NCBI GenBank assembly: GCA_013239625.1
Contig: MU054212.1
Location: forward strand, 4,932,270-4,996,269
Direction of reading: 5' to 3'
DNA from: Lama guanicoe
Lineage: Eukaryota
DNA: 64,000 bases
Shown here: positions 50,372 through 63,867 of the stretch, in pieces
How the letters are laid out: each line of letters begins with the position of its first letter
How positions within the stretch are numbered: position 1 is the first letter of the stretch
Made by a program: the position numbers and the translations under genes
The notes under the pieces: generated by a model
The model's input: the letters and a program-made list of their open reading frames with translations, nothing else
Database searches by the model: none
What the model was told of the DNA's origin: nothing

Positions 50372-52430
50372 TGTTATGGACCAAATGTTTTGTGTTCCCC
50401 CAAAATGCATAGGTTGAAGCGCTAATCCTCAGTGTGACTATATTTGGAGATGGAGCCTCTGAAGAAGTAATTAAGGTTAAATGAGGTCAATAGGCTTAAT
50501 GTCCTTATAAGAAGGGCTAGTCATTCTGTCTGTCTGTCTGTCTCTCTCTCTAACATATGCACAAAGAAAACATTGTGTGAACACATGGAGAGATGGCAGC
50601 TGCCTATATGCAAACAGACCTTAGAAACGTACCTTGATGGCACCTTGATCTTAGACTTCTCTGCTTCCCGAACTGTGAGAAATAAACCCCTGTTGTTCAA
50701 GCCACCCCGTCTATGGTGTTTTGTTATGGCAGCCCTGGCTGACTAATATAGACTTTGGTACTGAAGAGTGGGGTGCTGCTGTAACAAATTCCTAAAAATG
50801 TTTAAGCAAATTTGGAGTTGGATAGTGAGTAGAGGCTGGAGAAAGTTTTAAGCTGCATACTAGATTGCCGTGAAAGGACTGTTGGTAGAAATATGGATAT
50901 TAAAGGTGATTCTGGTAAGGGCTCAGAAAGGAAAAGAAAGCTAGGGAGAAAGCCTCCATCTTCTTAGGGAATATGTTAATAGTCAGGAACAAAAGGTTGG
51001 TAGAAATATGGATATTAAAGGACATTCTTGTAAAGTCTCAGATGGAAATGAGGAACAAGTAATGGAAAACTAGAGGATAAGCAGTATTTATTGAAAAATG
51101 GCAAAGACAGTGGCTGAATTGTTTTCTAGTGTTTTTTACAGAAGATAGGAATTTTTAATGATCAAATTTGGCATTAGCTGAGGAGATATCTAAGCAAAAT
51201 ATTGAAGGTGCCACTTGGATCTTCCTGACTGCCTGTATGAAATTTTGAAAGTAGAAATAAGTTGAAGAAGAAGTTGTTAAACAAAAAGCAACCAAAACTT
51301 AAATATCTGGAAAATTCACAGCCTGTCCAAATTTCAAAAAAGTGAAAGCATGTTCTGAAGACAATACCAAAGATGTTACTGGACTATCACTAGATAAAGA
51401 GATTATGTGACTGTGTGAGCAGACACACTGCCAATTTGAACTGAAAGGGACTGTACAAAATGAAGGAAGGCTGTCCGATATTTTGGATCTTACACAAGGG
51501 GAATGTAGAATTATCTGGCTGCAAACACATGCTATTCTTCAAGAAAAGGGAAGAATGATCTGGAAGGTAATTCAGAGATCATCAGGGACAATGACTCAGT
51601 TTCTGCCTCTGCCCACCCTCTGCCCAGAGCCTTGGGGCCGAGACCCCCACCCAGTGTATCCAGAAGTCAGGGCACTGAGACAGGAGGATTGTGCTCAAGC
51701 TTTGAAATCTGATGGGTTTTGCCTTGCTAGGTTTTGGACCTCCTGGGACCTGTCACCTCTTTCTTCCTTTCTGATTTCTTCCTTTAGGAACAAAAACGTG
51801 TATCCTATGTGTCTCCTATCATTGTACTTTGGAAGCATGTAATGTATCTGATTTCAGAGATTCGCAGATGAAGAATTCTGTTTCAGGAAGAATCACCTCT
51901 CTAGTCTCACCATGTATGACTGAGATGATGCATACGTGAAGCTTTGGACGTCAGAGTTAGGAATGAGTTAAGACTCTGGGGACTACTGGAACACAATGAA
52001 TGTATTTTGCAAACAAGAAGGACATGAACCCTGGAACAGAATACTTATGTCTCCCCCTAAATTTGTATGGTGAAGCCCTAACTCCTAGTGTGCTGTATTT
52101 GGATATGGGATCTCGGAGGAAGTAAGTAAGGTTAAATGAGGTCATAAGTGTAGAGCCCTGATCTGATAGGGTTATTGTCCTTAAAAGAAGAGATACTAGA
52201 GGATATTTTTTTCCTCTCTCTTTCTGTGCACAAAGAAGAGGTCATGAGAGCACACAAAGATGGCTGCTGCCTAGGAACCAAGAGAAAAGACCTCAGAATA
52301 AATCCAGGTCTGCCAGTGCCTTGGTCTTACACTTGCTTCCCAGCCTCCAGAAATGTGAAAAATAAGCTCGAGTGTTTAAGTAACCCAGTCTGTGACATTT
52401 TGTTATGGCAGCCCAAGCAGACTAAACACA
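50372..52430 (+). mobile_element. MLT1A/A0-like MaLR element: 5' LTR 50372-50750, internal 50751-about 52031, 3' LTR about 52032-52430
   Basis: Both LTRs share ggttaaatgaggtca and ttttgttatggcagccc..gactaa; internal begins gactttggtactgaagagtggggtgctgctgtaacaaat. Confidence 0.92.
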
Positions 52431-53610
52431 TGCCCTTCTGTTTGATATATGAAGGTTGCAAGTTGTATTGGAGCTAAAAGAGTTGTAATTTTAACTGCAA
52501 GATATAAGTCTTCAGGAAAATCTTCCGATAACCATCTGCAAAATTAATGGTGGCTTTTTATTTTTTTTAATGGAGAAATGTAACTTATTCTGATGATACG
52601 GTGGCTGCTTTCCCCAGGACATGAATATATGCACTTAATTACAATGATTTGCCGTAGTTGTGTGGGGGAAGAGAATTCCTGCACTAAGATTGACTTACCT
52701 TGAGTCAATCCTTACACACTGTAAAGATCCTTACACTGCATGTTCCGAATGCTTTATTAAATAATTTGCATAAGATGGCTTCCCTGTCAGGTGGGCTTCG
52801 TTTAGTACCTCAGAGTCTGATGTTACTGCACTGTCTTACTGAAGAAAGCACCATGCCAGTGAATGTGTTGGATACAAAGATGAGAGAGACAGAGTCCTGC
52901 CTTCAGGAAGTTTATACTCTATTTGAATAAATAAACAAATAAGATCCTTTTGGATTTGCCCATTTATTTATTTATTTATTTATAGTGTACCTCCTAAAAT
53001 CTAGCTAAGAACTATAATAAGCAACTTTAGAAGTAAAAAAGAAATGATGTGAAATATAAAGGTAATTTGCCTCTTACAAAAATGAAGGAGAGAACCAGTC
53101 TCTGAAGATTCCGTGTCCATGTAGATAGGGAATAAAAGTGAGGTCATACAACACTGCCAATCAGAATATGTACCTCTTCTGTGAGACAGTGTGCTTACCT
53201 GGGAACTGATCACCCAGGTTTTGCTGCCTTCAAACTGCTCAGAGTCACAGAACACTGGATAGGTGATCATATTATGATCATGTACCTAGTTTGCTCTCGT
53301 GTCAGCTCTAATTCTGTAATCTAATACCAATCACTCTTATTTGGTAAACCAATACAACTCCAGCAGACTGATCTAACAACTATCCCTCTGCAGTGAGGTT
53401 CCTTCTCTTCTAATTGACTGATTATCTGAATTTGTTATATGCAGATCAAAAATCAGTTTTACTAAGTATTTGGAAAATAGTGATGGCTTTGTACCACTTA
53501 GAATGGCATTCCTAGTGTATTTAAGATATGACACAGTACATGAAGCCAGCAAACCTTATTTATTTGTATGGCTTAAGGTTAAATTTTTAATTAATATTTT
53601 GATTTTTTTA

Positions 53611-53754
53611 AATTTAATTCTTATTTTTTATTGAAGTGTAGTTGATTTACAATGTTAGTTTCAGATGTACAGCAAAGTGATTCAGCCATACATATACATA
53701 CATATATATATATAATATATATATTTATATATATATATCTTTAGATTCAATTGA
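53611..53754 (-). mobile_element. Short artiodactyl-type L1 3' end with (TA)n expansion
   Basis: tttattgaagtgtagttgatttacaatgttagtttcagatgtacagcaaagtgattcag; 12-bp TSD ttgattttttta (53599-53610, 53755-53766). Confidence 0.88.
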
Positions 53755-53789
53755 TTGATTTTTTTAGAATACATGTCTTTGACATCTCA

Positions 53790-54170
53790 CGTTATGGACT
53801 AAATAGTGTCCTCCAAAAATTCATACATTGAAGTTCTAACCCGCAGTACCTCAGAATGCAACTGTATTGAGAGACCATGTCTTTAAAGTAGTAATTTAAA
53901 GTGAGGGTATAAGGTGAGCCCTAAGCAGTATGATTGGTCTTCTTATAAGAAGAGAACTGGACACAGACACACACAAGAGAAAGTCATCTAAAGACACAGG
54001 GGGCAGGTGGCCATCTACAAGCCAAGGAGAGAGACCTTCAGAAAAAAACTAATGCTGCGGACACCTTGACTGCAGACTGTTAGCCCTCAGAACTGGGAGG
54101 AAATAGATTTCTGTTGTTAAGGCACCAGGTCTGAGGTGCTTTGTTATGGCAACCCTAGCAAACTAACACA
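53790..54170 (+). mobile_element. MLT1B-like MaLR solo LTR
   Basis: gttatggact..aaattcata..ttgaagttctaacc..cagtacctcagaatg..ggccatctacaagccaaggagagag..tttgttatggcaaccctagcaaactaacaca. Confidence 0.9.
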
Positions 54171-54829
54171 TCTGGTAAAACGAGCTGAAATAAGTCTGGG
54201 ACAAAAGCTTAACAAATGGTAAGAAATACATAAAAATAATGACTACTTTTAGTTCCAGTTAAGTTTAACTAGAGCTTCTCATAAATTGACCTCTCAAAGG
54301 CCATGTTTTCAAAGGTAGTAAACTAGAAATAAACTGAAGTGCCAAAGTGGAATTCCTAATTACTAAATGGAATAATTGTGGGGATATCTAGTGATATTAG
54401 ATTTCATTTAAATTAGGCAAGACAGCAGATAAAAGATTAAATATATCATATTTAATGATGTTTATCATCCTGTATTTAATTCTAAACTTATTAAAATCTT
54501 CACTCAAGCTGCTCATTCTTTGATGGGGAAGATTACTTTTCATTAGAGATCATTATATAACTTTTCAGATGTTAAGTGACTAAATTGTTGCTATTGTGGA
54601 AAATTCTATGCTAATATGATAGAGAAAATATTTAAAATTATTTTTCCCCAAGTAGCTTCCAAAATAGTAGTGGTTATCACAGTTTCTAAATGCTAAAATC
54701 AGGAATGGGGAAGGATGGTGAACACATAGAAAGTGGGCAAAGATAACAACCAAAATGACCTTGTTGATCCAGTATGATCTTGTGTAGATCTGGACAAGAG
54801 TATTTAGAAAAGAACTTACTTGAGGGCTA

Positions 54830-54848
54830 TGTGTGTGTGTGTGTGTGT
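54830..54848. repeat. (TG)n microsatellite
   Basis: About 9 TG units. Confidence 0.9.
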
Positions 54849-55313
54849 TAAGAAATATTAGTTTTGTTTAACCAGTTTTTACAACTGAATATTTACTCTA
54901 TAAAAATTTTTACAGATTGTATATTTATGTATAGTTCAAACTACTGAACCAAAAAGTAAGTCCCATAGATGCAAAAATACCTTTTATGAAAATGAATATA
55001 GGTATGTATATGCATTATACATTGTGCTGTACACCAGAAAAATTTATAATATGAATTTAAAATTTAAAGTCAGGCAAATAAACAGTAATTTTAGAAGTAA
55101 TACAACTTTTTTTTTAATTGTAGATACTGCATGATTAAATATTCAGCAGGATAGATTTCTGATGTTAGCTACTCAGGATTATTATGAGAATATTGTCAAT
55201 AACTATGAGACATTTTAAGGAATGAAGTTTTTATGTTTATCATGGAGTATGTGAGAGTTTGTGCATGTTTTGTCACAAATACATTCTAATACTCAGTCCG
55301 TTTGGCCCCTCAC

Positions 55314-55588
55314 CATTAATGAAGGAGACCTAATAGAATTTAAGTGGTAGAGTGATAATATTACTGAGTTTTCAGTAGCAAATCTCATAAGTGGAGACTC
55401 CAGAATATTCTTTATAGTATCTACTTTTCTTATATGATTTTTTCCAATATTCTCTTTTGGGATAAAAACATTTCCTTCATAATCTGTCAGGTAACTGTTT
55501 CGGGAAATTAGATCGAAATCATCCCAGACATTTGAATTACGTATTCTAATGTTAAATTTATGGTGAGTGTAGGAATACCTCAAAACAA
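55314..55588 (-). CDS. Candidate coding exon (about 90 codons), product unknown; 5' boundary uncertain
   Basis: Repeat-free 96-aa ORF with protein-like composition (YSYTHHKFNIRIRNSNVWDDFDLISRNSYLTDYEGNVFIPKENIG...SPSLM); donor ATG|GTGAGG (phase 0); acceptor weak. Confidence 0.35.
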
Positions 55589-58500
55589 CTGTTCATCAAA
55601 ACTTTATGATTGTACATGCGGCAACTTTACATGGCATTAGTAAGGCAACACTCTGCTGCTACAAGACTCAGATACATTGAAGCCCTCCGTCTTTTATATG
55701 ACATATTACTGAAAATATACACAGAGAATGAACAGAATGCTTAGACTGAATATACTATTTATTTTAAGGAATACTGAAAGATTTAATAGTACTTTAAAAC
55801 ATATTTAAGTTACTGTTTTCTGATATTGGTGAGGTAGAATGGAAAATTAGAGTCACCAAATAGTCAAAGGTCCAAATTAAAGAATTTTATCCTGTTTTTT
55901 CCTTACAAAAACATTTTGGTGGACATTTTTCTAATGCATACATAATTGTGTGATAGAATAAGCATCATATTTGCCATCATACTATTAATACAAATGAAAG
56001 CAATAAGACATATGGACCATTTTAATTATGTATGGTGGGCTAACTTGGGTATTGTGAAAGCTATTTGATGAGCGAAGAGAAAAAAGTCTTTGAGGAATAG
56101 TAAAAATTATTAAGTTAATGTCAAATCTCATCATTACTAATGTACATGCCAAGTCAGTTGTTAGAAGGAAGTTTGAAACTTGAAACCTTCGATTCTATCC
56201 TGATATTTTTTCCATTGTAACTAAAAATACAGTGAAGATCTACAAACAGCTATAAGAATTGATATCCATTTCCAGCAAATTGGCTTTATAATGGTATGTT
56301 AACCCTTCTCATGACTTAACTCTTTTCTTCCATGTGTATGAGTCTTACGCACTGCATTTCTGAGTAACTCACCCTTGCCTTTAATTTATTGTTGAATAGA
56401 GAAAACATCTATGGAAATAAATAAGATATATAAATCACACAGTATACTATACTGACAGCTTCTCCACAAACACATATTTAGAGACAACTTACAATAAACT
56501 TTCTGAGTTGAAAAATCCTCTGGAAAATAGACTACATGATGCTAGATTTGCTATTTCAGAGTGGTAGAATGAGTTAATGTTTCCATAAGCATATGAGTGA
56601 ATAAATGAATCTATCAATAAAAATATGAAAGTAATACATTTTATTTATGTGACAGAGGAAATTACTCAAAATCCTACACTTAAATTCTAACTAAAGAAAT
56701 AATTTAAAAAATTAAGATGAATTTATTTTCATCTGATTTACTGTTTTCCATTTCTTCAGGGTAAAAATGTTTAACAAAAGATATATTTGAATTTTTTTCC
56801 AAATAAAAAAGCACAAATGTCAAACTTTATCCACCTGGAGACAAGATTTTACAATTTCAATTTTATATGTACAGTATTAGTTTTCCTTTGAGATCATCCT
56901 GAGGAAAAACTAACCTATTTTCTAAATATAGTAACATGATTATAACCACACTTTCCAGTTTCTATGCATTTTTTTAAGTTATAAATACTTTGCCTCAAGT
57001 TAAGCAAAGCATACAGAATGTGTTGGATTACTTCTGAATATCCATCAAAAATAGCCACTAAAATGACACTGTACACAGAAATCTGGCTATTGATCTATAT
57101 TTTATATGTCATAAATTATAAAATCCATCTCCCATGTAACTGAAGATTTAAAGCTAGATTTCTGTTATCTGAATTCCTCAAGATTTAAATGACCTGAAAT
57201 TTTAGTTATAAAAATGATCTGATAAGTTAGTCTTAGTAACATTGTATATGAGGAATAAATTGCTGGCACATGCTGTTTACAAAATAGGAGAAATCCTTAT
57301 AAAATTGAGTTAGAATAACTGGATTATTCTAAAGTACACAATGCAAAAGACAAAGCCCCGATATTACATGCCAAGGGTTCTAGCTGTAAGATGGTATTTT
57401 CATTAAACATAGGCTACCAAGCCAAGAAAAATGACCAAATTTGGCTACTTTTTCTCTTTATAAAGTACTTCATCCCAAACTATGTTTAAAAATCTGAATG
57501 TGTTATCACTGATGTTCTTTTAAAAATTTTCCTCATTTAGATATTTTAAAAGTATGTGAGTTTAATTGGACAATAGCTTAATGTGGTCATGTGTCTATGC
57601 TCTTAGAAAATGCTCTTATTATTTCCTGGGCACTCAAATATCCATTAGCAAACACAAAATTTTCATTCCCTTCTCCACAATGTGGTAACTAAAGAATGAT
57701 ATTCAACAGCCCAAAAATCAGATATTTTAACTAAACATGTACAAATGTCTAGAGACTACCTGATTTTATACATTTACTCTTTGAATTGATTAATTTTATC
57801 CACTGTAACAATGACCCTTTCACATTCTTGCAGTTAGTATGAGCATGGACTCATCTGCTTTACTTTCAATTATGAAACACCAAGTTTGCTCCATCTGCCT
57901 CTTCTGCCTTTCTATAAATGCTGGTTATGTACTATTTAGGGGGACGTGTGTGTGCTTTGCATAATTTAGACACTCTGAGCATGCTCCCTATGCTGCATTG
58001 AATTCCTTCTTAAATTCTTTTTAAAAGTCAAACTCAGAAGAAAATTCACTTTTGTCTTTAACCAAATTATTCCACTGTTGAAAAATTTTGCATGGGCTGT
58101 TTCTATGTACACATAGAAGAGATTAAAGGCATCAAGATGAATAGTCATCTTTACTCAGAGATTCACTATTTTCTCTTCCAAGTCGACAAGCATGTCTGTC
58201 AGTGGCCTGGCCAAACCTGTTCATGTTATAAATGGGTTATTGTAGCACAATACCATGTTCTTCTAGTTCCAGGAACTGTAAACAGTGTCATGATTAGAAG
58301 CTGGTTGGTTAAATTGCCTGCCATCAGTGAGACAAGCTTTATAACTAACTATCTTTTGTCCAATGTACTTTTCTCTAGCTGTTCATACACTTTGTGTTTT
58401 CATTTTTCCAATGTGTTCTTGTTAAAATAGTGTTCTCTTTGATTTTTGCTTCTTAATTCTTGCATCAAAGTTTTGGAAGGGTTTACATGTGGTATAAAAC

Positions 58501-60587
58501 TTGTTTCTCTTATAATATTTTTCTAACTCCTTCATATGTTTATTTTATAAAAAATCCAAGGTATATTTTACTAACCCTTACTTCCCCTCTTCATTTTGGA
58601 CCTCAGAGTCACAAAATTGGATTGTAGTATTAAGATAGTGGTATAATTCCTTCATTGTTCTATACTATGTCTGGCTTTTGTTTTTATCTTATAGCATTGT
58701 TATGTTTTATCTACAATCTCACTGTCCTCTGTCACCAGTCATTTATTCTTTTCTATTATTTGCATACATGATATCCTGTGTCTTACATTTTTTCATAGAA
58801 TACAGTATATATTAAATATTTAAATATTGGTACATGGTTACCTAGTTTCTTCCTTGTAACTGCTAACAGCACCACTCGATTCACAGTGCATAATGCCAAA
58901 TTCTCTTAAAACTCAACTCTTTCTTTTCACACTAAAAATTCAGATAAAACTGACCAAATCAATTTACCAGATATCTAACTCAAGAGCACAGCATCATTCT
59001 TCACACAAAGTGCAAGCAAACAGTTTTATTCCTGTTTGTGGAGCTTAACCTTCTGCAAAAGTAATTAGGTCTATAATTAAAAAGCTATTTGGAATGATTA
59101 AAACTCTGTTATCTTGTGACATTTAAAGACAAATGCAAATGTCAGAAAGGATGAATTCATTAAAATTTCTATTTAAGAGAGAAAACTGTGGATGGAGGCT
59201 GTTATTTATTAAAATGTTACAGTTTCAGGGAAGGTTTGATCTGCAAAGAAAACACTGAAGGTGGAAGGTATCTTTCTGTAGCACTGGATACAGCAATCTA
59301 CTGCTATACACAGATAGTTATTTCGGGGGTTATTGTAACCTAACAACTTTAATGTCACAGTGTTATTTCAAAAGTGATATCATTCTTCTGAGAAACTTTT
59401 TCTCTTGCAGTGACTTAGAACTTGTTAACCTTCCTAGTTCTGATTAGCCATGTATACACGTTTGTTAAACTACCTAGCAAGTCATAGTATGTTATCAATC
59501 TAGATTTTCAAGCTGTGAATTCAAAGGCTAATTACTTTGAATGAGATGGTCATTTCTTCTTGCCCCCCGAAATTGATAAAATTAGGGGAAGTGTTTTTGA
59601 GGGAGTAGAGGACTGTTGGGCTACATGCTATTTAATGATCATTTTTCAAATAAATGTGATTTAGGAGCAGTCTGTTGATGATACCTAGCCACTTGTTTTG
59701 CATTATTTTAAAGAAAAACAACTATTCATGAACAGGTGAAATTAACTACTAGTGATAGAAGTTATAGAATATTATGTTGTTCTGTGTATGGCATTTTTAA
59801 ATCATACCTTTTCTATATGTTCAGAATTTCTATTCTCAACACATTGGTATATATATATTGAATAATGAATCAAATTCATTCAGCGTATTTTTTAAATTGC
59901 AAATAAAATGACAGGATATGTGGGGTGATATTTGAAAACTTTTATGGAATATAAACTTGTAGTAGTTGGAATTGAGATTGACTAAGTCACTGTTCATCTG
60001 TGAATGTCAGTTTCCTCATTAGTAAAAAATAAAGAGATTAAGAATATGATTTCTATATAAGATCTAAGGCTGAAGATCTGTTGTATTATTGGATCCATAG
60101 TTGCCATAACTTTATGTAACCACACTCAAGTAATTCTTAGATATTTCATTATTTTGAAGATTTTTCTGATAATTTCTTCAGAGTGAAAGGATTTCAGAAA
60201 TATGATGCATTGCTACTAAGCTTTTTCTTAAAAAAAATTGTAATTTGAGAGTCAAATTTTAAAGATATAAAGCACAATATTTATTTAAAAAGTGAAATTA
60301 TCTGCAAATAGAGCATAATTTGATACATTATACTGTATTTCAGAACTATTTCCACATTTAACCCAGTAAAAATAACTTAAAGTGGTTTTTTTTTAGCCTT
60401 TCTTATTGGTGTGTGTTATTTATGAACCTTAACTACTCAGCACATTCTATTTGTTTTATTAGTCAGTGATGTCTTTCAGTCTGTTTTAATGTTACCAGAG
60501 TGATCAAAGAAGCACATGCTTTGGATGCTGTGGTTCTGCTTAGTAACCAAGCTAACCCTAAATCAGCTGGCTCAGCACAATCCCAAC

Positions 60588-60674
60588 CTGGCATTTTTCA
60601 TCATTTTTCGCATCCTTGATGTTCAAGGTGACTGACAGCTTCTGTATGTCTTTGACTTCACAATATCGTGGCCA
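60588..60674 (-). CDS. Candidate symmetric exon (87 nt, phase 0 to 0), product unknown
   Basis: Acceptor ctc-(T-run)-aattcAG|, donor CAG|GTTGGG; only open frame WPRYCEVKDIQKLSVTLNIKDAKNDEKCQ. Confidence 0.35.
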
Positions 60675-61442
60675 CTGAATTAAAAAAAAAAAAGAGTTCC
60701 TTATTTCTATATCAAGTAATTTCTAAAACTGAATGATGCAGTTATAGACCTCACAAAGAGATATGATTATCATTAGAAAATGGTCTGAATAAATTTATAT
60801 AACATTCTATTTTTACACAGTGGCTTAAATACAATTTATCCTCCATTTTTCTAAAAGGAGAAAAACTCTCCCATTCTTTCCCAGCACTCAGTAGAATCAA
60901 TGAAACACAAATATCAGTTTTCCGAAATTATTTTCTACTAACATATTCTCAGCATACGATGCATATAATTGTTGATTAATAACTGATTTGTACATGCAAC
61001 TCAAATGAACTTTTTTCTAAAGAAGCGTATGCAGTTAAAGTCTTTTTTTCCCTGATCACATAAACCAGTAGGCAGTACAATATACCATTTGCTGGTAATG
61101 GCAGTTCTTAGGGGAAGCTGTTAGCTTACAATATGGAATTGCAGGACATATGTTGTACTTTGTACTTAGGCAGGGAGACCTCAGATGGTGAGCGGAAGGT
61201 GTCTGTGGGAGACCACTATTGTACATTATAGTAACTCAAAATCTTTAAGACTTGGCGTGAAATAACCTCTACGCACACTGCAGTTGTGAGCTAACACACT
61301 GAAATCCCTGTCATATCCAGGTAAAATCAAGGCAGTCATGTGGTTAGGAAAGTATGAGATTCATCCTGTCTATTCAGGATCAGCCACAAGGAAAGGCATG
61401 TCTTTTTAGAAGATTTTGCTTTGATACAAGATAGAGTCTTAC

Positions 61443-61692
61443 AGTCAGTAACTCAGTTTAAAGAGGAGTCGGTAATTACAAAGGGAGTATCCCATCTGTC
61501 TGTTATTAAAATGTGACAGATATTATGATTCCTGGAAATGGCCTGTTTAGAGAAAGATATTCAATTTTCTGGCTGGAATATATTCATCTTTGAAGATTGT
61601 GTGTCTAAGATATCAACTCAGTGTACTCTGGCTTTTGACCAAGACGCATCCATTAAATGTTTTGTCATTTTGGTGTCCAAACTCTTTGGTTC
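61443..61692 (-). pseudogene. Exon-like segment (250 nt) with three in-frame TGA codons
   Basis: Acceptor attgattttAG|, donor ACT|GTAAGA; EPKSLDTKMTKHLMDASWSKARVH*VDILDTQSSKMNIFQPEN*ISFSKQAISRNHNICHILITDRWDTPFVITDSSLN*VTD. Confidence 0.25.
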
Positions 61693-62159
61693 CTAAAATC
61701 AATATTATAAGAGGCCAGAGTGTATTAAAGAAATATGCGTTTTCTCTTAGCTCACAGATGGAGTACCCAAACACCTTCTCTGAGTATCCTGAAGGCAGTC
61801 ACACAGAGTCGCCTCTTTTCAGTTTGGCATATCACCCAGTTATTTTTGGCTGGGAAAGGCTAATGCTTTTCTGTGCTAGAGTGGAACTTATTTAACATGA
61901 TATAAACAGTGGGAGCAAACTGTCTTCAGTGAGCAAGGGCTGAGACGATAAAACCTTGGCATCATTTCACAGAAAATTTAAAAATCTTGAATTTGTTGAT
62001 TTTTGAATGTTGAATGGCAAAGGACAAAGATGAGATTCACTTGGTATGAAGGATGAAGGACTAAAGACCTCAAATGTGAGTGCAACCGTTTTCTGTCATT
62101 AAAGACTATCCTGTCCATTCCATCTGTACTTTAATTGTAGCCAGAGACTGAAAACTTGC

Positions 62160-62400
62160 CTAGTAATAGATAAGAAATATATAATGCGTATTTTTGCCAG
62201 GCTTTATTCTAAGTGTGCTACATGTACAATTTCTTTTCAATTTTTATCTCTGTGAATAAGATATTAGTAATATCTATATGGTATTGGTGATAAAATTTGG
62301 AGAAGTTATTTGACTTTCTTAAGGTCATGCATGCATCTAGTACATAGCAGGAGTGGGATTTGAACACAGGCAGCCCGTATTCCTAATACCATGTCACTAA
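62160..62400 (-). mobile_element. MIR
   Basis: tgccaggctttattctaagtg..tgactttcttaaggtca..agcaggagtgggatttgaacacaggcag. Confidence 0.75.
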
Positions 62401-62756
62401 CCCTCTAATAAAAGTAGAATTGGTCACAACATTTTTCAATTTCGGTACTCCATGTTATGCCAATATTGAGGCAATTTAGTTCAGTATATAAAAGCAGTAA
62501 TATCACAAATAAGGAAATTGTTTCAGTATTACTCTGATGCTACAATAAGCTGAGACAAGATCAAGGAATGTAATCAGGAGAGTGAACATTAGACAACAAT
62601 GAAGTCTGAGGTTCAGTGCAAAAAGGAACAAACACCCCTACCTAAGCCCATATCAAGTTATGTCCTTTTATCAGAATTCTCAGAGGATTCTGGATTTTGC
62701 CTTCATGGCATTATTCACAATTGAAATTATTTATAAAATTATTTGTATAATAATGA

Positions 62757-63420
62757 TCTTACCAAACCAAACTTGGATCCACTCGCCCATGCACTGACAC
62801 CAGGTTGTGGTGAAGGAACGTACCGTGTTTATTGCAGATGCCAAGCGAAGAGTACTAGGTCATGCTGAGCTAATGCTCAAAAGATCTGAACTCCCCTGGA
62901 GAGTTTCAGGAAAGAGATGTTAAAGGTGAGATAAGGGAGAGAGTTGCAGGGTGTGTGATCAGCTCATGCACCATTCTCTGATTGGTTGATAGTGAGAAAC
63001 AGAGTGGTGTCACAGGAGTTAAACCTCATCAACCCTCAGGCTCCAGCCCTTCTGGGAACTACACGCTCATGGTCATCATGCAGTTAACTTCTTCCATCTG
63101 GTAGAAGTTTTAGTATCTGTGAAATGACTCAGGAATGTGCATCAGACACTGGTTATCTATATACTTCAGAGAGGACCTAAAGATTCTGGTGGATGGCTGA
63201 TTTACTGTTCAAAGTGTTACCTGTTCTCCTGGCTCGGTTGTTGTTTTGTTGTTTTGTTGTTACTACATGTTCACATTCTTTCAATCATTAATTCTTAAGC
63301 CAGCCTTTTGTGACTCAAGGGAGACCTGGGAGACTAAAGCTTTTCTACAAACAGGAGGCAGGTAGAGGGCAAGTGGGGGTTCTGTCCTGGGAAGGCCTCA
63401 CAGGGTTCTGCTCAGTTACA
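62757..63420 (-). mobile_element. ERV1-type solo LTR inserted in an L2 3' end
   Basis: Minus strand starts tgtaactgag; AATAAA on minus at 62828-62833; CCAAT on minus at 62981-62985; typical gtgtgatcagctcatgcaccattctctgattggttgat; L2 tail motifs on both flanks. Confidence 0.85.
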
Positions 63421-63867
63421 GTGTCTATCTGTCTGCTAAATTGTATCCCCAGGTATAACACAATGCTTCAAACATTGTAAGTATTTGACAAGTCTTTTCA
63501 AAGAAATTGCAAGTTGAATGCTCAGGAAGAGAGAGTCTAAACAGAAAGAAAACTCAATTACAAATGATTCCTAAAAGAAGTTTTGAATTGTAGTGATGTC
63601 ACTTGTCTGCTGATCTTTCACCGTGCTTTGCCACCTAGCAGGCTATAAGAGAGGCTTCTAAAGGCATCAGTCTCTTTGGAAAATATATGCTTTCCTTAAG
63701 TTTTCCAGGTACTTTGATTAGAAACTAATTACTGTCTTTTATATAACGAATTAACTGTGAACACATAGACCAAGTAAGAAATGTACTGTTTAACCGATAG
63801 CGTGAAATTCTCTACGTATATACGTATTGGGGGAAATAATTCCATTTTATCTTATGAATTTCATTTG

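Noticed and set aside
50881..51021. 26-bp direct repeat gttggtagaaatatggatattaaagg
   Set aside because: Only two copies, inside MaLR internal sequence where such repeats are an element feature; not CRISPR-like
51483..51842. 119-aa ORF
   Set aside because: Lies within degenerate MLT1A internal sequence
20403..61692. TGA codons as selenocysteine or readthrough recoding
   Set aside because: No SECIS-like element identified; mutational decay or chance is far more parsimonious
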